Assembly (NCBI GenBank): GCA_964605355.1
Contig: CAZSCE010000002.1
Coordinates: 1 to 62,659 of the forward strand
From: an uncultured Candidatus Saccharibacteria bacterium
GTDB lineage: Bacteria; Patescibacteriota; Minisyncoccia; Phycocordibacterales; GWA1-40-21
DNA: 62,659 nt
Reading direction: 5' to 3'
The position numbers and the translations under genes are program-made. Under the pieces are notes generated by a model, which saw nothing but the letters and a program-made list of their open reading frames with translations, did not search any database and had not been told where the DNA came from. This document shows positions 7,019 through 15,199 of the stretch, in pieces. Position 1 is the first letter of the stretch. Every line of letters begins with the position of its first letter.

Positions 7019-9271
7019 ATGTTGAAAAGTATTGAATTATGCGGTTTTAAATCTTTTGCCAAAAAGGCACAGCTTAATTTTAATACACCCATTTCTTCTA
7101 TTGTGGGGCCAAACGGTTCTGGTAAGAGTAATGTGGCCGAGGCTTTCCGGTTTGTGCTAGGTGAACAAAGTATCAAGTCATTAAGAGGGAAAAGAGTGGA
7201 AGACCTCATCTTTAATGGTGGTAAAGATGCTCCCCGGGCTAACCGCGCCTCTGCTAAAGTGGTGTTTGATAATACCCGCCGGATTTTTAATATTGATTTT
7301 GATGAAGTCTCCCTGGAGAGAGTGATTCACCGTGATTCTGTGAGTGAATATTTTATAAATGGTTCACCGGTGCGTTTGAAAGATATTATAGAGCTTTTAG
7401 CCTCTGCCCATATTGGCGCTTCCGGTCACCATATTATTTCTCAAGGTGAAGCGGATAAAATTTTGAATGCCAATATCAAGGAACGCCGAGAGATGATTGA
7501 GGATGCCCTAGGCCTAAAAATTTATCATTATAAGAAAGAGGATAGCCAGAGAAAGTTAACCAAGACAGAGGAGAATATAAAACAAGTAGAGTCCCTACGC
7601 CGGGAGATTGCGCCGCATTTAAAATTTTTAAAGAAGCAAGTAGAAAAGATTGAGAAAACTATTGAGATGCGGGATCAGTTGAAGAACTTTTATTTGGAAT
7701 ATTTTAAGCGTGAGGATGAATATATAAAATCCGAGAAAGCAAAACTGGCTGAAGAAAAAAGAGTGCCTTTGGCCGAGCTTCACCGTTTAGAAAATGAATT
7801 AAGACAAGCCAAGGAAGTATTGCAACGCTCAGAAAGTAAGGATGTAAAAAGTGATGAGATCATGTCCCTGGAGGAAAGTATCCGGGAAACCCGCCTAGCT
7901 AAAGACCTGATGATGCGGGAAATAGGGCGCCTGGAGGGTGAAATCAGTTATTTGGATAGGCAGTTTAAAAAGCATTTACAGGCCGCTAGTTCTGCTGAGG
8001 CTAAAAAGGTGGATTTGAGCGCGGTAGAAGGCCTGATTCAGAGCGTTTCGGGTGAGATTGACGCTGGGGCCAATTCTAATGATTTGTCAGTTATCAAAGC
8101 TATTTTAAATAAAATAAAAGCTGTCTTAAAAGACTTTATTGATAAAAATAAAACTAGTCAGGATGAAACTACTATAAAAGATTTAGAAAAAGAACTGGAT
8201 GATTTGCGTCAGAAAAAGGTGGAGGCGGATGTAGAGTTTTCCTTATTAAAAGATAAAGAGGCTGATTTTACGGCTAAATATAACAAAGTAAAAGATGAAA
8301 TTGAAAAGGAAAAAGATTCTAACCGTGATGCCGAAAAGGCGGTGTTTAGAATTATGGCGGAGCAAAATGAAATAAATACTAAATTAGCCGGTTTACAAAA
8401 TAGGGAAGAGAGACTGATTTTAGATGAGAATAATTTTAAACAGGAGCTGACTGAGGCTGGGGTGTTGGTGGGCCTTGATGCCGTCCGTTATAAAGAAGTG
8501 GTGGTGGAAATGACGGATCAGGGCCGGGGTGAGCAGGAGGAGCGCCGTAAAAATATTGAGAAAGTTAAAATCAGAATTGAGGATGCTGGCATAGGTTCCT
8601 CTGATGAAGTGCTTAAAGAATACCGCGAAGCCAGTGAGAGGGATGCCTTTTTAGAAAAAGAATTAACTGATTTAGGTGCTTCCTCTGTGTCACTACAGGC
8701 TTTGATCAAGGAACTAAATGATAAACTGACCACGGAATTTAAAATTGGGGTAGAAAAAATAAATACCCAATTCCAGGAATTTTTTAGCAAAATGTTTGGC
8801 GGGGGGACGGCAAAATTATCTGTGATTCGGGAAATGAGAAAGAAAAAGAGTGATACTGATATGTCCATCCTCGATGAGGAAAATATGGATGTGGAACCAG
8901 AAACTGAAGAAGGTGAAGAGGGGATTGATATTGAGGTAAATTTACCAAAGAAGAAAATAAAGGGCTTGATGATGCTATCTGGTGGAGAGCGCGCTCTGAC
9001 TTCCATTGCCTTACTCTTTGCCATGTCACAGGTAAATCCACCGCCATTTATTATTCTAGATGAGACAGATGCCGCCTTGGATGAAGCCAACTCTAAAAAG
9101 TATGGTGATATGATTGCGGAACTCTCAAAATATTCTCAGCTGATATTAGTTACTCACAACAGAGAGACCATGTCCCGCGCTGGTATTATTTATGGTGTGA
9201 CCATGGGCTTTGATGGTGTGTCCAAACTCCTCTCCATTCAGTTTGAAGAAGCCGTCCAGGTAGCAAAATAA
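7019..9271 (+). CDS. smc: SMC-family chromosome partition ATPase, short form (750 aa)
   Basis: Walker A GPNGSGKSN, signature LSGGERALTSIALLFA, Walker B FIILDETDAALD. Long heptad-rich middle without a recognisable hinge. Confidence 0.8.
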   Translation: MLKSIELCGFKSFAKKAQLNFNTPISSIVGPNGSGKSNVAEAFRFVLGEQSIKSLRGKRVEDLIFNGGKDAPRANRASAKVVFDNTRRIFNIDFDEVSLERVIHRDSVSEYFINGSPVRLKDIIELLASAHIGASGHHIISQGEADKILNANIKERREMIEDALGLKIYHYKKEDSQRKLTKTEENIKQVESLRREIAPHLKFLKKQVEKIEKTIEMRDQLKNFYLEYFKREDEYIKSEKAKLAEEKRVPLAELHRLENELRQAKEVLQRSESKDVKSDEIMSLEESIRETRLAKDLMMREIGRLEGEISYLDRQFKKHLQAASSAEAKKVDLSAVEGLIQSVSGEIDAGANSNDLSVIKAILNKIKAVLKDFIDKNKTSQDETTIKDLEKELDDLRQKKVEADVEFSLLKDKEADFTAKYNKVKDEIEKEKDSNRDAEKAVFRIMAEQNEINTKLAGLQNREERLILDENNFKQELTEAGVLVGLDAVRYKEVVVEMTDQGRGEQEERRKNIEKVKIRIEDAGIGSSDEVLKEYREASERDAFLEKELTDLGASSVSLQALIKELNDKLTTEFKIGVEKINTQFQEFFSKMFGGGTAKLSVIREMRKKKSDTDMSILDEENMDVEPETEEGEEGIDIEVNLPKKKIKGLMMLSGGERALTSIALLFAMSQVNPPPFIILDETDAALDEANSKKYGDMIAELSKYSQLILVTHNRETMSRAGIIYGVTMGFDGVSKLLSIQFEEAVQVAK

Positions 9272-9293
9272 TATAGAATAGGGCTTACTTTTT

Positions 9294-11231
9294 CTAAACC
9301 AAAATACAATCAATAGATTTCTTTTCCAAACTGGCGGAAGTAATTTTAAAATTTACAGAATCACCTAAACTAAATTTAACTTTTGTTTTCTCACCTACAA
9401 TACAATAATTTTTCTGATCCAAAACATAATAGTCACTACCCAGGTCACGAATACGGACCATGCCTTCTGCTCTAGTATTTTTTTCTTCCACATACACACC
9501 CCATTCAGTTACACCGGTAATAGTACCAGCAAAAGTTTGACCCACTTTATCCTGCATAAATTCTATCTGTTTGTATTTCTTGGAATCACGCTCAGCCTCG
9601 GCAGCGCGTATTTCTTTCTCTGTTGCATCAGCAGAAATCTTTTCATATTTAAGCCATTCGCTTCTGGGTAATTTTTCATCTTTCAAATGCTTTTCTAGGA
9701 GACGGTGAACTAATAAGTCCGGATAACGACGAATAGGGGAAGTAAAGTGGGTATAAAATTCAAAAGCTAAACCAAAGTGCCCAATATTTTTTGTAGAATA
9801 GATGGCTTTGGCCATAGAGCGCACGGCAGCGGTTTTTATCATACCTTCCTCGGCCTTACCTTCAATTTGCTTAAAAAGATTTTGTAAATCAGTGGCCTTT
9901 AAATCCTTACCTTTTTGAATGGGTAATTCATAACCCAGGGCTTTGACAAAAATACTGAGAGAGGCAATTTTCTCCTGATCCGGTAAATCATGGATGCGGT
10001 AAATAAATGGACTATCAGAATTAGTTTTTTTATAGGCTTTAAAAATAAATTCCGCCACTTCTTTGTTAGCTAAAAGCATATATTCCTCCACTAGTTTGTG
10101 GGTATCAAGGCGTTGTTTTTTATAAATACGGATTGGTTTGCCAGCCTCATCCAGTTCAAAAGCTACCTCATCCTGTTCAAAATCAATAGCACCATGAAGA
10201 GTCTTTTCATGTCTTAATTTTTTGGCTATTTGGTTTAAAGTTTCTAACTCTTTATGATATTCACCATTAATATTATTTAAACTTTCTTGTGCTAATTCAT
10301 AAGTGAATCTCTTGTTTGATTTGATAATAGTTTTACCAAACCAGCGGGAAATAATTTTACCCTGAGTGGTCATTTCAAAAACAGCAGAAAAAGTTAATTT
10401 TTCTTCATTAGGGTTTAAACTACAAATATCATTTGAGAGAACTTCTGGAAGCATTGGAATAGTACGATCTACTAAATATACGGAAAATTCTCTTTTCACC
10501 GCCTCAGCATCCAGCTGGGTTTTCTCTCTCACATAATAAGAGACATCGGCAATGTGTACGCCAATTTCAAAATTGCCATTATGTAGGGATTTGATAGAAA
10601 TAGCGTCATCAAAATCTTTGGCGTCCTTGGGATCTATAGTAAAAGTGGTAGTATTTCTAAAGTCTGTTCTTTTATTTATCTCCACTTGCGGAATAGGCTT
10701 TTCAGTTTCTTCTAACTTTTCCGCCTCGGCCTCTACCGCGTGGGGGAAATTAATTTCAAAACCTTTTTCATAGAGAATAGATTCCATCTCCGTATTATGC
10801 TCACCAGCCTTACCAAGGACTTGTAGAATTTCCCCAAGCGGACTTTTGGCATCTTTTTTCCATTCGGTAATTTTGACCAAAATTTTCTGGCCAATTTCGG
10901 CATTTTTACTGATCACATTATCTTTAGAGATGACAATGTCCGCATACATTTTTTTATCATCCGGTAATAGGAAATAAGTATTTTTTTCTTTTTGTAGAAT
11001 ACCGGTAAAAACCTTTTTCGCTCTTTTTTCCACTGAAACAACCTTCCCTGCGGGGCGTTCTTTGCCTTTTGCAGGGAGGGGAAGCACAGTGACAGTGTCA
11101 CCATTTAAAGCCGTGTTCAAATTATTATTTTGGATCTCAATATCCTCTTTTGTCTTGTCCAAAGAGCGTAAATATCCCACCCCGCGGGCGTTGACGCTTA
11201 GAATACCAGAAAGCTCTTTTTTATTTGGCAT
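9294..11231 (-). CDS. rnr: Ribonuclease R (RNB family 3'-5' exoribonuclease)
   Basis: RNB motifs (DPKDAKDFDDAISI, HFGLAFEFYTHFTSPIRRYPDLLVHR) and a C-terminal S1 domain. Confidence 0.9.
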   Translation of the reverse strand: MPNKKELSGILSVNARGVGYLRSLDKTKEDIEIQNNNLNTALNGDTVTVLPLPAKGKERPAGKVVSVEKRAKKVFTGILQKEKNTYFLLPDDKKMYADIVISKDNVISKNAEIGQKILVKITEWKKDAKSPLGEILQVLGKAGEHNTEMESILYEKGFEINFPHAVEAEAEKLEETEKPIPQVEINKRTDFRNTTTFTIDPKDAKDFDDAISIKSLHNGNFEIGVHIADVSYYVREKTQLDAEAVKREFSVYLVDRTIPMLPEVLSNDICSLNPNEEKLTFSAVFEMTTQGKIISRWFGKTIIKSNKRFTYELAQESLNNINGEYHKELETLNQIAKKLRHEKTLHGAIDFEQDEVAFELDEAGKPIRIYKKQRLDTHKLVEEYMLLANKEVAEFIFKAYKKTNSDSPFIYRIHDLPDQEKIASLSIFVKALGYELPIQKGKDLKATDLQNLFKQIEGKAEEGMIKTAAVRSMAKAIYSTKNIGHFGLAFEFYTHFTSPIRRYPDLLVHRLLEKHLKDEKLPRSEWLKYEKISADATEKEIRAAEAERDSKKYKQIEFMQDKVGQTFAGTITGVTEWGVYVEEKNTRAEGMVRIRDLGSDYYVLDQKNYCIVGEKTKVKFSLGDSVNFKITSASLEKKSIDCILV

Positions 11232-11331
11232 TTGACTATGGTAGCAGAAAACCGCCTAAAAGTATAATAAATTGCCTGTCCGACATATCGGCGGATTGAC
11301 TATTTTACCAAGATAGTATAAGATACCCCCT

Positions 11332-11757
11332 ATGTTAATGATCAGATTACAACGAGTAGGCAGAATCCACGAACCAACTTTTCGTGTTGTTTTGGTTGAT
11401 TCCAAGAGAAGCACCAAGAGCGGTCAGGCTTTAGAAGTATTGGGAAATCATGATACCAGAAAGGCCAAGAATAACAGCAATGTAAACGCTGACAGAATCA
11501 AGTATTGGATTTCTAAAGGTGCTCAGCTTTCTGACACTATGAGAAACCTTTTGATTACCAAGAAAGTTATTACCGGTAAAAAAGTAAATGCTCTTCCTAA
11601 AAAGCGCCCAATCAAGAAGGAATTAACCGAGGAGGAAAAGAAAGCCGTTACTGATGCTGAGGCCAAAGCCAAAGCTGACAAAGCCGCCGCCGAAGCTCCA
11701 AAGACTGAAGAGAAAGTAGAAACCCCAGTTGAGGCAGAAACTCCAAAGGCTGAATAA
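11332..11757 (+). CDS. rpsP: 30S ribosomal protein S16 with Ala/Lys/Glu-rich C-terminal tail
   Basis: MIRLQRVGRIHEPTFRVVLVDS. True start may be the ATG at 11338. Confidence 0.85.
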   Translation: MLMIRLQRVGRIHEPTFRVVLVDSKRSTKSGQALEVLGNHDTRKAKNNSNVNADRIKYWISKGAQLSDTMRNLLITKKVITGKKVNALPKKRPIKKELTEEEKKAVTDAEAKAKADKAAAEAPKTEEKVETPVEAETPKAE

Positions 11758-11767
11758 ATAAAATTAA

Positions 11768-11799
11768 AAAACCCCCGCCCAGTTGCGAGGGTTTTTTGT
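11768..11799 (+). terminator. Intrinsic terminator after rpsP
   Basis: AACCCCCGC-loop-GCGAGGGTT (one mismatch) followed by TTTTTGTTT. Confidence 0.65.
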
Positions 11800-11923
11800 T
11801 TATGATAATATTTAAAAAGGCTATTCAGCAATAAGGCTGAAGTAGCATGCAGTATTATTAATAATTACAGGTCGAACTACTGCCGGATGAATTAAAGATT
11901 AGTAAAGAAATAATAAAAATATA

Positions 11924-12280
11924 ATGGACGCAGATGCAATGTTCTTGGATTATGTTATCAAAGGTTTGGTAGACAATCCAAATGATGTAAAAATCAAGAG
12001 AACAGTAGATGAAATGGGCGTGTTACTTACTTTGGATGTCAATGCCGCTGATATGGGCAAGGTCATTGGAAGAATGGGGAATACCGCCAAGGCTATCAGA
12101 ACCCTTTTACGCGTTGTTGGTATGAAGAATAACTCTAGAGTTAATCTTAAGATCAGCGAGCCAGAAGGTGGTTTAAGGCCAGAAATGAGAGCCGGAGCTA
12201 CCGCTCCTGTCACCGAGAGAGCACCGGAAGTCCGTGGCTCAAAGACGGTTGATGAGGCTATGGCTGATTTGAATTTGTAA
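11924..12280 (+). CDS. KH-domain RNA-binding protein (KhpA/YlqC-like) with C-terminal extension
   Basis: GKVIGRMGNTAKAIRTLLRVVG KH core (GxxG). Sits after rpsP, as in many bacteria. Confidence 0.75.
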   Translation: MDADAMFLDYVIKGLVDNPNDVKIKRTVDEMGVLLTLDVNAADMGKVIGRMGNTAKAIRTLLRVVGMKNNSRVNLKISEPEGGLRPEMRAGATAPVTERAPEVRGSKTVDEAMADLNL

Positions 12281-12284
12281 AGAA

Positions 12285-12380
12285 CAAAAGCCAGGTAATA
12301 TTGTAATTATTCGCGCTTCACCCTTCCTGAGTACAGGTGGGTCCTACGCGACGAAAAATTCCAATATTACCTGGCTTTTG
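12285..12380. repeat. 19-bp perfect inverted repeat enclosing a 58-nt GC-rich core
   Basis: CAAAAGCCAGGTAATATTG (12285-12303) is the exact reverse complement of 12362-12380. The core contains TCGCG/CGCGA and CACC/GGTG sub-helices. Confidence 0.7.
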
Positions 12381-12387
12381 CTATACT
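12359..12387 (+). promoter_or_regulatory. Promoter giving a leaderless or near-leaderless mRNA for the 12394 gene
   Basis: TTCCAA, 17 nt, TATACT (12382-12387). ATG is only 6 nt downstream. No SD. Confidence 0.45.
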
Positions 12388-12393
12388 ATTTAA

Positions 12394-13383
12394 ATGACCG
12401 GTATTAGTTTTTTTACAGCATTTATTATAGGGCTTATAGCTTCTATCTCGTCCTGTGTAGCTGTTGTAGGCGGGCTGTTACTTTCTATGTCTGCTAATTT
12501 TTCTAAAAATGGTGACGCTGTTCGTCCACAAATATATTTTCACATTGGCCGGTTGGTTTCTTTTTTTATCTTGGGCGGCGTAGTTGGGCTTATTGGCGCT
12601 AACTTTCAACTCAGTAATACGGGGACTTTTTTAGTAGGCCTTGTTGTTTCTATTATAATGATTATTTTGGGTTTAAAACTTTTAGATATATTTCCCAGTT
12701 TTAAAAAAGCTTTACCAACATTACCAGGCATTTTTGGTGAAAAGATTCAAAATTTAAAAAACCTAAATCACACTTTGACGCCATTATTAATAGGGGTGGC
12801 CACTTTCTTTTTACCCTGTGGTTTTACCCAGTCTATGCAAATGTATACTCTGTCTACTGGTAGTTTTTGGACTGGGGCATTTACTATGCTTTCTTTTGCC
12901 TTAGGTACTTTACCGGTTTTAGCTTTATTAAGTTTTGGTTCATTAGGAATTCATAAAAAAACATGGTCAGTAATATTTTTTAAAACAGCAGGAATTGTCG
13001 TAATATTTTTTGGTTTATTTAATCTTTATCATAGTCTTAATCTTGTCGGTATAGATTTTTCATTAGCTAGATCAAAGATAGAAATTTCAGTTCCAACAAA
13101 TAATGTAAAGGTGGAGAATGGCATTCAAATTATAGAATTAATTGCAGAAGGAGGATATTCTCCTAGAAATAGCGTGGCGCAGGCTGGTGTGCCAACAGTT
13201 ATTAGATTTCAAACAAGTAACACTTTTGATTGCTCACTTTCCGTGCGCATGCCTAGTGTAAATATTAGTCAAATATTAGATCAAACTGGAATCACAGATA
13301 TAAATATTGGCACGCCGGCAATTGGTCTGTTCCGCGGCACCTGTGGTATGGGTATGTATCCTTTTGAAGTGGATTTTAGATAG
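12394..13383 (+). CDS. Integral membrane protein (DsbD/CcdA-like transmembrane domain) with C-terminal soluble beta-rich domain
   Basis: Six or more hydrophobic helices with a Cys in helix 1 (SSCVAVVGG) and a FFLPCGFT motif. The roughly 100-aa C-terminal domain ends in GTCGMGMYPFEVDF (metal-binding flavour). Confidence 0.5.
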   Translation: MTGISFFTAFIIGLIASISSCVAVVGGLLLSMSANFSKNGDAVRPQIYFHIGRLVSFFILGGVVGLIGANFQLSNTGTFLVGLVVSIIMIILGLKLLDIFPSFKKALPTLPGIFGEKIQNLKNLNHTLTPLLIGVATFFLPCGFTQSMQMYTLSTGSFWTGAFTMLSFALGTLPVLALLSFGSLGIHKKTWSVIFFKTAGIVVIFFGLFNLYHSLNLVGIDFSLARSKIEISVPTNNVKVENGIQIIELIAEGGYSPRNSVAQAGVPTVIRFQTSNTFDCSLSVRMPSVNISQILDQTGITDINIGTPAIGLFRGTCGMGMYPFEVDFR

Positions 13384-13404
13384 TTTTTAGAGTAAGATTG
13401 ATTA

Positions 13405-14553
13405 ATGAAAAAGGAAGATAGATTTGGTCTACGGACCTGGGTGGAGGTGGATAAAGGCGCTATAAGGCGTAATTATGCTGTTTTTAGGGCCCTTATACCT
13501 AAAAGGACCAAGTTACTGGCCGTGGTAAAAAGTAACGCTTATGGGCATAATTTAGTGGAATTTGCTCAAAAACTGGAGAAACTGGGGGTGGATTATTTAG
13601 CCGTGGATTCTGTGGTAGAGGGAATGGCTTTACGAAGAGAGGGTGTTAAAATACCAATTCTAGTTTTGGGCTACACCTTACCGGAGATGATAGAAAAAGC
13701 GGTGGAAAATGATTTGGAAATTACCGTTTCCAATTTTGACTATTTTGAAGTTATAAAATCCCTCGAAAAGACTCGGGACCTTCGGAAAATAAAAGTTCAT
13801 ATCAAAGTAGACACCGGTATGCACCGTCACGGTTTTCAGGAGGATGATATTAAGAATGTTATTACGGAAATAAAAAATCTGAAAGATAAAATAAAAATAG
13901 TTGGGCTTTATACGCATTTTGCCGCGGCAAAAAATCCGGCTTTTCCAAAAGACACAAAAAATCAAATTAATATTTTTGAAAAATGGCAGAAAGCTTTTGC
14001 CCGAGCCAAGCTAAAAGTTATTTGTCATGCTTGTGCCACTTCCGGAACAATTCTTTTTCCTGACGCTCATTTCAATATGGTGCGGGTGGGTATAGGGATG
14101 TATGGTATCTGGCCATCTAGAGAAACCCGGGCTTTTGTGGCTGATAAATTTAAATTATCACCAGTCTTGAGCTGGAAAACTATTGTAGCGGAAATAAATA
14201 ATATTAAAGATGGAGAAAAAATTGGCTATGATTTTACAGAAAAATTAAATGTGAATTCTAAAGTGGCTATATTACCAATTGGTTATTGGCATGGATATCC
14301 TCGCGCTCTATCAGGTATTGGCGCAGTTTTGATAAATGGTGAGCGAGCAAAAGTGCTGGGCCGGATTTGCATGGATATAATAATGGTGGATGTGACTAAA
14401 ATTAAAAATATAAAAGTGGGGGATGAGGTGACTCTGATAGGCAGTGATGGAGATGAAAATATAAGCGTGGATGATACCAGTACTCTTTTAGATGCCAGCT
14501 CCTATGAATTAGTTACTAGAATAAACCCCCTCATTAAGAGGATCTATAAGTAG
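13405..14553 (+). CDS. alr: Alanine racemase
   Basis: PLP-lysine motif AVVKSNAYGHN, VRVGIGMYG and the C-terminal GRICMD motif. Confidence 0.9.
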   Translation: MKKEDRFGLRTWVEVDKGAIRRNYAVFRALIPKRTKLLAVVKSNAYGHNLVEFAQKLEKLGVDYLAVDSVVEGMALRREGVKIPILVLGYTLPEMIEKAVENDLEITVSNFDYFEVIKSLEKTRDLRKIKVHIKVDTGMHRHGFQEDDIKNVITEIKNLKDKIKIVGLYTHFAAAKNPAFPKDTKNQINIFEKWQKAFARAKLKVICHACATSGTILFPDAHFNMVRVGIGMYGIWPSRETRAFVADKFKLSPVLSWKTIVAEINNIKDGEKIGYDFTEKLNVNSKVAILPIGYWHGYPRALSGIGAVLINGERAKVLGRICMDIIMVDVTKIKNIKVGDEVTLIGSDGDENISVDDTSTLLDASSYELVTRINPLIKRIYK

Positions 14554-14600
14554 CAAAATAGCCTTATTTTGGGCCATTATTTTGCAACTCTTTTTTGTGC

Positions 14601-14637
14601 TTGCTTTTTTATATAATGTGTGCTATAGTTGTATAAG
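14601..14637 (+). promoter_or_regulatory. Sigma70-type promoter of GC-rich cassette C
   Basis: TTGCTT (14601-14606), 17 nt, TATAGT (14624-14629), 6 nt, then AGGTCAGATCT starting at 14636. Confidence 0.6.
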
Positions 14638-14690
14638 GTCAGATCTTCACGTTGTTCAGTAGCCACGATAATGTGGCAGAGGAGAAGTAG

Positions 14691-15008
14691 ATGAATAAAT
14701 TCGTCAGAGGGGTGGACTATATCATTGATCACGCTGTCCGATGCATGCTTTTGATAGGGGTTATCAGCTTCACTGTGATGTTATGGTTTGGCGACAAACC
14801 ACAGGCATCGGTGGAGTCAGTTGCTGCATCAAGCGAGGTCTGCGAGGACGGGTTTTTGGATCAGGATACGGCGAACGAACCCCTTCCGGAGTCGGAGATG
14901 TTCGTTATCACAGGGACTGGGGAGGTGGCGGAAGTTTCATTGCCACAGCCCGACCCAAACCTCGAGGGTTTCGAGGATCCGGATACCGTAGCTTTTGAAA
15001 GCAGATAG
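14691..15008 (+). CDS. Cassette C: 105-aa membrane-anchored acidic hypothetical protein
   Basis: GGAG 6 nt upstream of ATG. One TM helix (CMLLIGVISFTVMLWF) followed by a D/E/P-rich tail. G/C-rich codons. Confidence 0.6.
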   Translation: MNKFVRGVDYIIDHAVRCMLLIGVISFTVMLWFGDKPQASVESVAASSEVCEDGFLDQDTANEPLPESEMFVITGTGEVAEVSLPQPDPNLEGFEDPDTVAFESR

Positions 15009-15108
15009 GGAGGAGGAGGCGATACAAGGCCATCATCCTAGACAAGATGCTCCTTGTCTCGGTGGTGGTGGCAGTGGTGGCCACTCTGTTGTGGTTCACC
15101 AGTTCATA

Positions 15109-15146
15109 AGGTCCCGGGTTGCAAGTTGCACCCCGGGCCTTTTTTA
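15109..15146 (+). terminator. Intrinsic terminator of cassette C
   Basis: GGTCCCGGG-loop-CCCGGGCC followed by TTTTTTATT. Confidence 0.8.
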
Positions 15147-15157
15147 TTATATTAACC

Positions 15158-15187
15158 TTGACAAATTAGGCTAAATAATGCTATTAT
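15158..15187 (+). promoter_or_regulatory. Promoter of the DEAD-box helicase gene (very short leader)
   Basis: TTGACA (15158-15163), 18 nt, TATTAT (15182-15187). ATG at 15200, no SD. Confidence 0.5.
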
Positions 15188-15199
15188 AGTTATTCAAAT

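Noticed and set aside
14741-15099. Alternative-frame ORFs inside cassette C (14741-14998, 14788-14991 plus strand; 14908-15099 minus strand).
   Set aside because: They have no SD and give Arg/Gly-rich nonsense-like translations typical of off-frame reading of GC-rich DNA. The 14691 frame has the SD and a sensible TM-plus-tail architecture.
15047-15109. 20-codon hydrophobic ORF (MLLVSVVVAVVATLLWFTSS) after the cassette C gene, considered as a type I toxin-like peptide.
   Set aside because: No SD lies at a workable distance (GGAGGAGGAGG is 28 nt away). The ATG sits in a hairpin loop. I cannot show conservation. It is mentioned only as a hypothesis in the cassette C finding.
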